Positions 49,231-62,965 of a stretch of 64,000 nt of DNA are shown here, piece after piece. The stretch comes from Octopus bimaculoides (lineage: Eukaryota). The notes beneath the pieces are model-generated. The model had not been told where the DNA came from, searched no databases, and was given only the letters and a program-made list of their open reading frames with translations. The stretch is from the NCBI RefSeq assembly GCF_001194135.2, contig NC_068998.1, forward strand, positions 1,427,448 through 1,491,447. Direction: 5' to 3'. Position numbers and translations under genes: made by a program. Positions within the stretch are counted from its first letter, which is position 1; each line of letters starts with the position of its first letter.

Positions 49231-50163
49231 GTGTGTGTGTGTATGTAAATATATATATGTACTTATACATGCATATACAAGCGTACACGTATATACATAC
49301 ATTAACAAAATACACACACGCATGCAATATTTGAATTTGAATTTTTATTCCGATTTTCATTGCCTAAAATTTCCACAGAAGCGAAAGCGTCTGATCTTTC
49401 GAACGATTCAGAACTGGATGATAAGACGGTCATAACTTCGAAACACAATAGATGCCACTGGATCGTGAGTGGGGATTATTTTCATGGGTCAGTGCAGATC
49501 CTGTAAGACAATCGTTAACTCGATGCATTAGTCGAATGGAACTGCAGCGCTGCCGTTGTCTGCATCCATCCATACATCCATCCATCTATTTGCCGGTCTT
49601 TCTGTCTGTTTTCTGTCTCATTCTCAGCGTTGTCTCGCTCTGTCACGTTTTTTTACGAAGCCGTGTCTTCTAGCACGAACTTATGCGCGCACGCACACGC
49701 ACACACACGCTCTCTCTCTCTCTCACACACACACACATGCTCGTTACGTTGTCATACATATTCATTCACTCTCTTGCACTTTCTCCAATGCCACCACCAT
49801 CACCAACCCCACCATGCCACCACTGTAAACAGAATCTAGTCTCCTTAACCCTGGCTAGATTCGAACCAATTCCCTCGGGGGTTCCACCTTTTCCGATACG
49901 TCTAATCGTTGCTGCTTTCTCAGATCTTCAAATTGTTCTACTCCAGTTTTTGTAGCTTTCTACGTTATTCCAGTCACACACTCACGCGCACACACTCACG
50001 CACGCACACTCACACACACGCACAATGCAAACTCACATACAGAGGGCAAAACGTGACACATACAACCAAAAACGCATTACGCGCGTATAGACATACAAGC
50101 AGGCATACACACATACATACACAATATATACCAATTTATACATATACATATATATATATATAT

Positions 50164-50215
<52 letters not shown>

Positions 50216-50829
50216 GGGAGGGAGAGAAAGAAAGAAAGAAAGACTGGTGAAATTTACCAACCAATAACCAAATCTAACCGGCATTTATGTCGGCTACTAT
50301 TAAATGCACGCGCGCGCGTGTGTGTGTGTCGCGCGCGCGTCTGTCTGCTTGTGTTTGTATTTTCCGAACCTCTGAGCTGCCGATATACCTTTGTGTTGCT
50401 GCGTTTCTCTTGTATTTAATCACCAACGTTACGCCATTTTGACACACCTGACTGGCTCTAAGGATCGACGTATCAAAATTCTTTTATTCTAACATTTCTC
50501 AACTAAAATCATTAGTTATATACACCTGGCAATTAGTTACTTACACATGGCAATTAGATATATATACACCTGGCAATTAGTTATTCACACCTGGCTATTT
50601 GTGGTTATTGTCTAAACATCAATCAACCGCCTTTCATTAAAATGTCTTGTTCCGGAAATTTGTGATGATTTATCTCCCTTCGCAACAGCCCCTTTGCTTT
50701 CTGCTTGGTTGGACAAAACCCGGTAACGCTCGATTCCCCTCGAATTCTCTGTCTTCAAATACTCGTTATCTCTTATATAAATATGTTAATCGGCCTTAGA
50801 AGATATTCATTTCGTCTTCTGTTTCTGAT

Positions 50830-51370
50830 TTACTACCATGTCTCCTAGAAACGCAAGACTTTATAGAATTATCTCTCACACTTTAGTCATTTTTGAATTT
50901 TAGTTATAGTTTAAAATTTTTATCTATTTTCAATCCAAATTTTAAACAGAATTCTAAAACCGTAGCTTCTCTGATCTTTCTAAACTATTCCGAATTAACT
51001 TCTTCAAAAAGACAATTTTTTTTCAATAACCCAACACATTTTGTAAAAAAATTTTTCGAGGAATTTTCGCATCGTAATTCTTTTTAAAATATACGATAAA
51101 TTTCTAAACTTTGCATCTTTATTAAACATTCCTCATACCCTAATCCTTAAATATAGGTTTAAACGTCTACAATATATAATTAGTCCCTTCGCCCAACTAA
51201 ATCTATGTTCGTCTTTTTTCAATTTTGTGCTTTCATTTTCTTTTTATAAATTTCATTCACTCTCCGATTCTTTTCCTCTTTCTTTCATTCTAAACTTTTT
51301 CTTCATGTCGTATACAAAATTCTCACCTGAAGAGAACATAAAAATAATCAAAACAAATTTGCAAAACCTG
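50830..51370 (+). mobile_element. Decayed Penelope-like GIY-YIG/3' region
   Basis: Remnant HRNSF motif and a CCTGAAGAG-type tail; heavily mutated. Confidence 0.35.
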
Positions 51371-51935
51371 TTTGAATAAATAAATTATTTAATTCTATTT
51401 CCTACGTTTCAAAGCAAAAAGGCTTTCCTCGAATTCAAAGCTGAAATGTTTAAGTTCGAAAGCCAAAAGCGCGGACGAATAGCAAAATTATATTTGGTAA
51501 TATTGGTTTCAAATCTTGGCACAGGGTCAGCATTTTCTGGGGGAGGGGGTGGGGGGTAGTAGGTCGATAACATCGAACCCGGTACTTTCCGAGAGGATGA
51601 AAGGCAAAGTCGACATCGGTGGAATTTGAACAGTTGAAATGCAGCTGAGTGGGTTAACGATTCGGCCAGTTCGCCGCCTTGACAACAACAACAACAACAA
51701 CAACAACCACAACAGCAACAACGACAGCAGTGTACATTTGGTCAACCAATAGACTGATGTCTCTTTCCAAGACCTTTGCTGTGTATCAGCATCGAGAAGG
51801 CATTTGGTATTGAAGAACGAGAGATTCGATATCTATTCCACGAGGAATGTCTGTTATTGGTTCATTCCAATAATCTATATTCACGATGCACTGAGGCTCT
51901 TACCATCGATTTTTGGTCGAGAAATTATGCACTAA

Positions 51936-51973
<38 letters not shown>

Positions 51974-52357
51974 TGTGCGTGCGTGTGCGCGCGTGTCTTT
52001 CTCCGTGTGTGTGTGAATAATTGTGTTAGTGTGTTTAATAAATTTGTAGTTGCCTTGGTTAAGATGTTTGCTTCGGAGTCACGTGGTCCCGAGTTCAATT
52101 CCAACTTGGGTGACATTTACACCAGCCCCGAATTTTATCCCGTTGAAATTCAGGAAATGGAAATAGTGTGGAAGCCCACAAAATATATTTCCCCTTCTAA
52201 TTCAAAGGACCAGCATGTCATACACTATTCTCTGCCGATTTTACCTGAGGATTACATTAAGGGTACACATTGCGGAGTAATCGTCTGAAACAGAGATGGT
52301 GGGCTTGTTGGAACACTCACCTACACACACTTACACACACACACATACGTGTATATA

Positions 52358-52413
<56 letters not shown>

Positions 52414-52763
52414 TAAATAGATATATACACATACACACACACGCATACACATACATACATGCATGCATACATACATACATACATACACGGACGCACAGAC
52501 ATGAACACAACATGCATGTATGCTACACATACATACATGAACGCATGCCATATGTACATCATATACACATATATACATCACATTTATTCATAATTACACA
52601 AGGGATAAAGTATTTTGTTGAGAATGTCTTAGACAAGCTGACTCCAAATATTAGTTGGCCTTGATTCAACCGGATGTAGCGTAGAGAATACGATTGAAAA
52701 CGAGGCACCGGAAGTGTAATTTGCTGCGCTTGTTTGTTTGGAGGGGACAAGATTGGTAAGCAC

Positions 52764-52811
<48 letters not shown>

Positions 52812-53251
52812 TTCCAATATTGGTACACGGACAGACATATGGCCGGGGAGTTACATTGCTGCTTTAATCAACCCTGTCACCACCACCACCACCACCGCGA
52901 ACGCTTGACTGCTATATTTGTATCGTCGACCCCGATTGGTTGAAAAAGAAGAATCAAGTGCGGCAAGATTTGAGATAAAAAGATAAAGGGACATAACTCG
53001 ATATTAAATGTTTCCTCGCTGGTCGTTTTTTCAGTCTGCTCTTTGCCCTTACCATGAGTACTTTATTTGTTGGTGGGAAGGAAGAGTTGAGAGTCGACCG
53101 ACCAAACCGAGAGAGTCTTCGACTTGGTTGTTTTGTTTATATGGATTCGAGAAAAAAAGATAAGTAGAGGCCATCTCGGCCAGATTTGAACCAAGGATGC
53201 GAAGAGAACTAGCTGAACTATACCGTCTCAACCAATCAACCTATTTACTAA

Positions 53252-53291
<40 letters not shown>

Positions 53292-53699
53292 CTCGAAATT
53301 GGCATACGTATACATGCCTGCATATCATATACATAGAAACGTTTATGCATTCGCGCAATTTCACTGATTTCGCTAATGTATTTCTCCGTACTATGTCGTT
53401 CTCAGTGCATGACGACGACGACGACGACGATGAAGATGATGATGATGATGAAGGTTATACAATATATCATCTCCACCGTTGGTGAAGTTTTGCCGTTGTA
53501 CATCAGTATTTTGTGTGTTACTGGCACAGCCACAGAAACAGTTCAAAAAGCTTTGGAACGAGGCATTTCTTTTAATGTGTAACTGTGTGTGTGTGTGTGC
53601 GTGCGTTTGTATATTTGTGCATGTATGTGTGTGTGTGTGAGTCTATATGTGTGTAGTGAATAAATATAGAGAGATATAGACACACACGCACACGGACAT

Positions 53700-53950
53700 C
53701 TTTTTGTTTTATCTTCTACTTGTTTCGGTCATTGGACTGCGGCCATGCTTGAGCAGTGCCTTGAAAGGTTTTAGTCGAACAAATCGACTGCAGCACTTAT
53801 ATTTTTTTTAAAAGTTGCACTTATTCTATCGGCCTCTGTTTTGACTAATTGTTAGTCTATGGGGACGTAAACACACCAACACTGGTTGTCAAGCGGTGGT
53901 GGGGGACAAGCATAGATACAAAGACATACGCACACATACATAGATACACG

Positions 53951-53984
<34 letters not shown>

Positions 53985-54120
53985 CAACAGGCTTCTTTCA
54001 GTTTCCCTCTGCCAAATCCACTCACAAGGCCTTGGTCGACCCTAGGCTTTAGTAGAAGACACTTGCCCAAGGTGCCACGCACGTTGTTGGGGAGCAAACC
54101 TCCTACCACATACCCATGCC
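53700..54120 (-). mobile_element. SINE family A
   Basis: Tail, internal microsatellite, core and head all match. Confidence 0.75.
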
Positions 54121-54463
54121 TGCGTCAAGTAAACGTCTTACTATCCTTTCCGGACTGAGCAGCTGAACCGAGACTTGCCCCTTTTTCCATATCAATACAT
54201 ACATGCAAATTTCCCCAGAAATACAATGTAAAAATATAATCTGATACATGCGTATTCTATATACTTGTAAATCCCAGCGAGGTGTGTGTGTATGCGTGTC
54301 TGTGTCTGTGCGCGTGCGTCAGTGTGTGCGTGTGCGTCAGCATGTGTGTGTGTGTGTTTGTGTGTGTATGTGTGTGTGTGTATGTGTGTGTGTGTGTGTG
54401 TCTATAGAAAGAGAGAAACAGACAGACACACACACACACACTAACACTCAGACAGACAGACAT

Positions 54464-54549
<86 letters not shown>

Positions 54550-55078
54550 GGATGGATAGTCAGACAGTCAGGTAGGTAGATGGATGTATTTACAGGCATA
54601 TAGTGCATCAGTTAATTGAAAGCAATATTCTCCACTTCCGATAACTTCGTATCGTAGTACTTTCTTCAGTAAATAACCAATGAGATCTCATAAATTCATG
54701 TACCACATGAAAGATTTGACTTGACTAAAATAGTATTTTGTATTGCAGAAACATGTACGAGCTTCAGTTGACGTCTGACAGTGCAGTGACAAGAGGAGAG
54801 AGTGTGTGTGTGTGTGAGACAGAGAGAGAGAGAGAGAGATAGAGAGAGAGTTTTATGATCACAACAGCTCTGATCCGCCCAAGCACTACATCGGAAATTA
54901 CTTTTTGATAATGCCATCATCCTGTATCAGATCAAAGACCGTAGCCTTTGGAGAAATGGGAAATAGTAGAAGCCACAGTTGTGAATTTGTAATTTCCCGC
55001 CCAACCAACAAACAAGACACTGGAAGAGAACACCATCTCCAACTTTACAGCACATACACACTGATGCTTATACATACA

Positions 55079-55120
<42 letters not shown>

Positions 55121-55759
55121 NNNNNNNNNNNNNNNNNNNNNNNNNNNNNNNNNNNNNNNNNNNNNNNNNNNNNNNNNNNNNNNNNNNNNNNNNNNNNNNN
55201 NNNNNNNNNNNNNNNNNNNNNNNNNNNNNNNNNNNNNNNNNNNNNNNNNNNNNNNNNNNNNNNNNNNNNNNNNNNNNNNNNNNNNNNNNNNNNNNNNNNN
55301 NNNNNNNNNNNNNNNNNNNNNNNNNNNNNNNNNNNNNNNNNNNNNNNNNNNNNNNNNNNNNNNNNNNNNNNNNNNNNNNNNNNNNNNNNNNNNNNNNNNN
55401 NNNNNNNNNNNNNNNNNNNNNNNNNNNNNNNNNNNNNNNNNNNNNNNNNNNNNNNNNNNNNNNTATATATATATATATATATGTTTGTGTGGTGTGTGTG
55501 TGTGTCGGGGCGATGATTATGATGCTGCACTCATGATCGTGAGATCGCGGTTTCAATTCCTGGACCGGGTGTTATATTCTTGAACAAACCACTTCATCTC
55601 ACGGTGCTCTGCGATCATTTCAACACTTGACACGGTGCTACACCGTGTACCTGTTCAACCAACGTGGATTTGCTGGAGCGAATGTACAGTACAAGCATTT
55701 GATCACCATGAACTCATCATATGTGCTGGTTGTGTTAAAACACACCTAACGTCTGAAAG

Positions 55760-56130
55760 TAATTTTTTTATTAATCGTATTATTGCGCCCGCGAAAAACA
55801 TGCTCAGCTCATTACAAGTTAATCCATGACCAGTCTGGAGCATTTCATAAATTTCTGTAGCATTTTTTTGCCCAGTTAAACACAAGACTTTATTGCATAG
55901 CGAGAATCCAAATAGGGAGCATCCAACTGCAAACTAGTCAGCTATGACAAACAGTGTTTAGTCGGGTGTGTCGAAAATGGTCCTGCAGCCATCTCCGTCC
56001 AACTGGAAAAACAAAAGTTGGCAGGTCAGCTTATTGGATGCACAGTAATGTTCTACTAAGATTACAATAATCTGAAACAGTTATAAAGACATCGCCTTAC
56101 AAAGTCTCAAAACTTCTGGAATGCACTTCG
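55760..56130 (-). mobile_element. Mariner 5' end relic (TIR plus N-terminal HTH)
   Basis: TA then CGAAGTGCATTCCAGAAGTT TIR. Reads AIKSCV*LGKKNATEIYEMLQTG, which resembles IKFCFKLGKNATETYxML. Confidence 0.6.
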
Positions 56131-56262
56131 TACATATGATTTATTCTTTAAAAATTTTCAACAGTTTTCGTTATAACAAATATTTTTATGTATATATAGG
56201 CATGTGTATATGTTTCTATGTTTAAACATTCATGCAAGCATGCATACATACATATATATAAT

Positions 56263-56299
<37 letters not shown>

Positions 56300-57109
56300 N
56301 NNNNNNNNNNNNNNNNNNNNNNNNNNNNNNNNNNNNNNNNNNNNNNNNNNNNNNNNNNNNNNNNNNNNNNNNNNNNNNNNNNNNNNNNNNNNNNNNNNNN
56401 NNNNNNNNNNNNNNNNNNNNNNNNNNNNNNNNNNNNNNNNNNNNNNNNNNNNNNNNNNNNNNNNNNNNNNNNNNNNNNNNNNNNNNNNNNNNNNNNNNNN
56501 NNNNNNNNNNNNNNNNNNNNNNNNNNNNNNNNNNNNNNNNNNNNNNNNNNNNNNNNNNNNNNNNNNNNNNNNNNNNNNNNNNNNNNNNNNNNNNNNNNNN
56601 NNNNNNNNNNNNNNNNNNNNNNNNNNNNNNNNNNNNNNNNNNNNNNNNNNNNNNNNNNNNNNNNNNNNNNNNNNNNNNNNNNNNNNNNNNNNNNNNNNNN
56701 NNNNNNNNNNNNNNNNNNNNNNNNNNNNNNNNNNNNNNNNNNNNNNNNNNNNNNNNNNNNNNNNNNNNNNNNNNNNNNNNNNNNNNNNNNNNNNNNNNNN
56801 NNNNNNNNNNNNNNNNNNNNNNNNNNNNNNNNNNNNNNNNNNNNNNNNNNNNNNNNNNNNNNNNNNNNNNNNNNNNNNNNNNNNNNNNNNNNNNNNNNNN
56901 NNNNNNNNNNNNNNNNNNNNNNNNNNNNNNNNNNNNNNNNNNNNNNNNNNNNNNNNNNNNNNNNNNNNNNNNNNNNNNNNNNNNNNNNNNNNNNNNNNNN
57001 NNNNNNNNNNNNNNNNNNNNNNNNNNNNNNNNNNNNNNNNNNNNNNNNNNNNNNNNNNNNNNNNNNNNNNNNNNNNNNNNNNNNNNNNNNNNNNNNNNNN
57101 NNNNNNNNN

Positions 57110-57143
<34 letters not shown>

Positions 57144-58589
57144 AAAACGCACGCAGACACATACACGCCTACACATATTTCGTACTTGTTGACAAGTTCG
57201 CGCGCGCATACATACACACACACACATACAACTGCACACACATACACATTCTCTCTGAGAACAACGTTACACATAATACACTCACGTATAAGCATGCCCC
57301 CCCACACACACACATACACATACAAATACACATTACAAATACTCACACTCACTATACATAGTGTATACACGCTCCAACACATCACCGACACACATGCATA
57401 CACATAATATTCTCTCTTCATAAACAGACACACACACACATAGATGCGTAATACGCAAACGCACACACGGATATACGCATACATCCATGCACACACATAT
57501 ACACTCGTAAACATACAAACGCACATTCGCACATTCACATACACACACACACACGCATACTCAGACACATACATAAACATACACAGCATGCTATGGTGCT
57601 ACTGGAGGTGGTGGTGGTAGCGGAGAGCTCGGTTCACATCAAAAGCTCCATTGACAAACCAATTTTGATAAGGGTTCCTGTTTAACTTTTAAACTAATAA
57701 ACACTTTTGCAGAAGCCCCACAAGTTGAATAAATTGTCGAAGGTATTGATGCCTTCCTCCTACATCTTCTTCCCTCTATTTTTCTCCTCCTCTCACCATT
57801 TCCCCTCCCCCTCTCTTTCTCTCTTTCATCTAATCATCTCCATTGAAAACATCCAATGGTTGTGTTATTATTCTCCACACCACCCCGGCTCTTCACATCA
57901 CTTCCCATCCACATTGCTTTCTTTTTCCTTCAATTGGTCCTGGGGAGAAATTGGATGAGGGTTAAGGTGGTGGTGCTGGTGCTGGTGCTGGTACTGGTGT
58001 TGGTGGTGTTGGTGGTGGTGGTGCTGGTGCTGGTACTGGTGTTGGTGGTGATGATGATAATGATGACGATGGTTGTGATGACGATGGTGATGGTGGTGAT
58101 TATGACGACGCCGACGTCAAATTTTGAAGCCGTTCTCTACTTTTTTGTTTGAATAGCAGAACAAATAAAAAAATAACAAACGAACATGAATTGTCACATA
58201 CACACATTCACACACACAAACACACACACATATGCACAAAGTGCGCGCGCGCGCGTGTGTGTATTCTTCCTTCCTTGGATCTGTAATTCCTGATGGCTTC
58301 ACAAGCGCCGTCGTTATCAGATACGGAATGTCTTCAGTTCTTCTCATTACCAATATTAGAAATCATTTGAGTTCAAATTCCGCCGAGGAATCCTTTCGGG
58401 GCCGATAAATTAAGTACCTCCCCCAAAATTTCAGGCCTTGTGCCAAGGAAAGAATATTAGAAATCATTTGAGTTGGCAGAATCATTAGAACGCCGGAAAA
58501 ATGTTTGCTTTGCATTATGAGTTCAAATCCTACCGTGGTTAAAAATTGCTTTCCATCCTTTCAGGATCGATAAAATAAAGTACCAATCA

Positions 58590-58990
58590 AATATCTCGTG
58601 GTTTTCAACGTGTTTTAGCATCCAGTCATTAGATGTTTCAAGATCTAATGATATTTCGATTGTGATGCTTTTGTAAGAGACCTCAAATTGCATCAAGCCG
58701 CGACCTCCTTGAGCTCTGGGTAGGTAAAGACGATCTGCATCTGCCTTTGGGTGGTGCATCTTATTGCAAGTCAGCAGCTTACGGCTTTTCCTGTGAATCT
58801 TCTTGCAGTTCCAAGCAATGCTGAATTTTGTACGTGTTCTATCTTTACATATTAGTACCAATCTTTTTCAGCCATGTTGGTCGTCGAGCGCTGATACTTC
58901 CAAATGCACCAATTTCTATTGGTACCACGTGTACTCTCTTCATTGACCAAAACCTTCGTATTTCCCACTTCAAATCGTCATAGTTGTTTA
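58590..58990 (-). mobile_element. R4/Dong-like LINE relic, rearranged (REL C-terminus joined to RT C-terminus)
   Basis: EKINNYDDLKWEIRRFW..VVPIEIGAFG..SALLGTAR is followed by RKSRKLLTCNKMHHPKADADRLYLPRAQGGRGL. Confidence 0.8.
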
Positions 58991-59022
58991 TCTTTTCTTC
59001 TTCATTCACATTATTATTGTTA

Positions 59023-59087
<65 letters not shown>

Positions 59088-60503
59088 GTAATGTTACATC
59101 ATAAACGGCGCGGGCTCTCCCAACAAAAACCGCCGCCACAACCACTATCGCCAATCATCAGTACAATCGCAACCATCATGATGTTATTGTTGATGATGAT
59201 GACGACAAAACAATAATAACACCAACAACAACAACGACCAACATTACGCAATCGTGCTATTCATATACGAGTGAAGACAAGAAGCAACAAATTGCAAAAA
59301 GAACAAGAAGAAAAAATAAAGCAACATCGACTTCAACAGCAGCAACAACAGTATTTGAATAAGATTTGAGGGAAAAAACAGGAAATTCGTTCAAGATACA
59401 ACTTTGGTAAAATTACTTGCATCCACGTGTATATAGATATACATACATACGCAGATACATACACATATGTATTGTATACAAACATACATACATACATGCA
59501 TACATGTATGTATGTGTGTGCCTGATTATGTATATATATTATATATATCATATGTATATATATATGTAGGTGTATATATATATATATATATGTATGTGTG
59601 TAAGTGTATATATATATATANNNNNNNNNNNNNNNNNNNNNNNNNNNNNNNNNNNNNNNNNNNNNNNNNNNNNNNNNNNNNNNNNNNNNNNNNNNNNNNN
59701 NNNNNNNNNNNNNNNNNNNNNNNNNNNNNNNNNNNNNNNNNNNNNNNNNNNNNNNNNNNNNNNNNNNNNNNNNNNNNNNNNNNNNNNNNNNNNNNNNNNN
59801 NNNNNNNNNNNNNNNNNNNNNNNNNNNNNNNNNNNNNNNNNNNNNNNNNNNNNNNNNNNNNNNNNNNNNNNNNNNNNNNNNNNNNNNNNNNNNNNNNNNN
59901 NNNNNNNNNNNNNNNNNNNNNNNNNNNNNNNNNNNNNNNNNNNNNNNNNNNNNNNNNNNNNNNNNNNNNNNNNNNNNNNNNNNNNNNNNNNNNNNNNNNN
60001 NNNNNNNNNNNNNNNNNNNNNNNNNNNNNNNNNNNNNNNNNNNNNNNNNNNNNNNNNNNNNNNNNNNNNNNNNNNNNNNNNNNNNNNNNNNNNNNNNNNN
60101 NNNNNNNNNNNNNNNNNNNNNNNNNNNNNNNNNNNNNNNNNNNNNNNNNNNNNNNNNNNNNNNNNNNNNNNNNNNNNNNNNNNNNNNNNNNNNNNNNNNN
60201 NNNNNNNNNNNNNNNNNNNNNNNNNNNNNNNNNNNNNNNNNNNNNNNNNNNNNNNNNNNNNNNNNNNNNNNNNNNNNNNNNNNNNNNNNNNNNNNTATAT
60301 ATATATATATATATATGTGTATATATATATATGAAAATAGAAGTTAGTGTTTATTAACTGTTGTACGTAGCTGTCAAAAACGAATGGTGTTTGTATGTGT
60401 CTTTGTGTCTTTGTATGTGTGTAAGTGTGTATTGAAGTATGTAGGCCAAGTAAGTAGGTATGTACATGTCTACACATTTGATGTACGAGTGAGTGCGTAT
60501 GTT

Positions 60504-60537
<34 letters not shown>

Positions 60538-60914
60538 TGCACGTTCATACATGTATGGTCATATCTATTTCTGTTTTGTAATTGTATTTCCACGTCACGT
60601 AACAAATCTATTAAATTATGGATGAAGTGTATTTTGTGGCGGAATACTTTGAAAAATTCATTTACCTGATGTGGTAGATAGGATGGTAAGTCACACCTCT
60701 AAACACACACACACACACACACATACACACACACACACACTCGCGCAAACACAGGCATATACAGTCACAGGAATACACACACTCTTATACACGTATACAC
60801 ACATTCAGACATCGATACATACACACACATACGTTCATGCATACATACATACACACTTACACACACACGCAGACACACACACACACACACACACACATAC
60901 ATATACATACAAAG

Positions 60915-61077
60915 CTGGTGTGTCTGTGTAATAAGAGGTTTGCTTTCCAACCACATTGTTCCGGGTTCAATCCCGTAGCGTGACACATTGGGCAAACCTT
61001 TTCCACTATAGTCTCGAGGTGACCAAAGCCTTATGAATGGATTTGGCACGCGGAAACTGAAAGAAGCCCGTCGTATA
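60915..61077 (+). mobile_element. SINE family A, 5' half
   Basis: Match to 1562-1720; abuts a LINE fragment. Confidence 0.75.
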
Positions 61078-61079
61078 CA

Positions 61080-61567
61080 TAGTTGCGGAAATTAGCTGCC
61101 CAGCGGATCTTAACATAAAGCTGGAGATCAGTGAAAAAGAGAAGGCCTATGCTGAACTATTGAGAAATCTGCAGTTACTGCATCCAGATTACAAGTCCAG
61201 GTTTGTACCTGTAATTATTGGGGCCCTGGGATATGTAACACAGTGCCTAAATACTAATCTTGAAATATTAGGCTTCTCAAAACCAGAAAGAAAGCTAATT
61301 CGAAGACTAAAGATCCAATCCATCACAAGAACTGTAAAAATCTGTAAAACTTTCCAGAAGTTTATCATTTAAATATACATATGAGCATGTCTAGATATGC
61401 AGCTATATGCATGAGAATACATAGATAAAACATGCAAATCTGCACATATACATACATACATACATACATACAAAAATATTCTGTTGTTGATGTTGAAATT
61501 CCAACGAAGGCGCCTTGGGTCTAGATTAGAAACCCGGTTCTTTCTCTATTGGCAAGAAATCTTGAAA
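61080..61567 (+). mobile_element. R4/Dong-like LINE 3' end (REL endonuclease C-terminus plus 3' UTR)
   Basis: AEISCPADLN..EKEKAYAELL..FVPVIIGALG..TVKICKTF-stop, followed by a (TACA)n-containing UTR. Confidence 0.78.
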
Positions 61568-61687
61568 NNNNNNNNNNNNNNNNNNNNNNNNNNNNNNNNN
61601 NNNNNNNNNNNNNNNNNNNNNNNNNNNNNNNNNNNNNNNNNNNNNNNNNNNNNNNNNNNNNNNNNNNNNNNNNNNNNNNNNNNNNNN

Positions 61688-61791
<104 letters not shown>

Positions 61792-61843
61792 GAAGAAGAA
61801 GAAGAAGAAGAAGAAGAAGAAGAAGAAGAAGAAGAAGAAGAAG

Positions 61844-61872
<29 letters not shown>
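61792..61872. repeat. (GAA)27 microsatellite
   Basis: Direct reading; preceded by (TAT)n. Confidence 0.95.
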
Positions 61873-61877
<5 letters not shown>

Positions 61878-62025
61878 GCTGTGAGATGAATGAAGAACTT
61901 TTATTGTAAATAGGGCGTCGGGTTGTGGTATTAATAATTGAGGTTGAGGAAATTGGAACTGGAGGGGCGAGTGGGTGAGGGTAGTGTATACACATACGTA
62001 AGCAAGATATACACACGTACATACA

Positions 62026-62061
<36 letters not shown>

Positions 62062-62224
62062 GAGAGAGATTGATGTAATAACACACATAATTCCTTTTCA
62101 TGACGTATCAGAGATTTGTTTTCCGTTTCATTTCTTTACTTGACAGATAGGTTGTAGCCCCGGGTAATCTATAATTATATATAATTATTCGTTGAGCACT
62201 TTTGAACTTATCGAGTCTCAATCA

Positions 62225-62266
<42 letters not shown>

Positions 62267-62842
62267 CGCATCACATCATATATATATACAATGTGAGTGC
62301 GTCTGTATGTGTATATATAATGTACATATATGTGTGTATATACGAATACAGTGTGTCTGCGTGTGTGTACATGTACGTATGTATGTGTGTTTGTGTATGT
62401 AAATGTACCCTTATAAAGAGTGTATACCTACCTACCTACCTACCTACCTACCTACCTACCTACCTACCTACCTACCTACATACATACATACATACATACA
62501 TACATACATGAATACGCAAGTAAATGCCTAAGCGATAATCTGGATAAACCAGGGCTTTTAGAAAAGGAATTCAACAAGCTAACTTGAACACCACAAATGC
62601 AATTTGTAAGTGGTACAGTAAAGATGTGCAAGACTTGTCAAGTTTAAGATTTGACATTGTTTTTGTCATCTACAATCCAACGACGGAGCTTAGTATCTTC
62701 ATTAGAAACTAGTTTCTTCTTCAAAGGAAGAATTTAAATAAATAAAAACAAAATTAAACATACACATGTATAGAATGCAGGTCATTGTAGTACCTACACG
62801 CTACTATTTAGATTCTACCCAGCTGGAGCACCTAATTTTATC

Positions 62843-62929
62843 GAAGAAGAAGAAGAAGAAGAAGAAGAAGAAGAAGAAGAAGAAGAAGAAGAAGAAGAAG
62901 AAGAAGAAGAAGAAGAAGAAGAAGAAGAA
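62843..62929. repeat. (GAA)29 microsatellite
   Basis: Direct reading. Confidence 0.95.
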
Positions 62930-62934
62930 TGGAA

Positions 62935-62965
<31 letters not shown>

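Noticed and set aside
54641-54652. ATAACTTCGTAT, 12 of 13 nt of a loxP arm
   Set aside because: No spacer and no inverted second arm; a chance match rather than vector contamination.
54902-55019. Minus-strand exon-like segment with one open frame
   Set aside because: No partner exons or recognisable protein; insufficient support.
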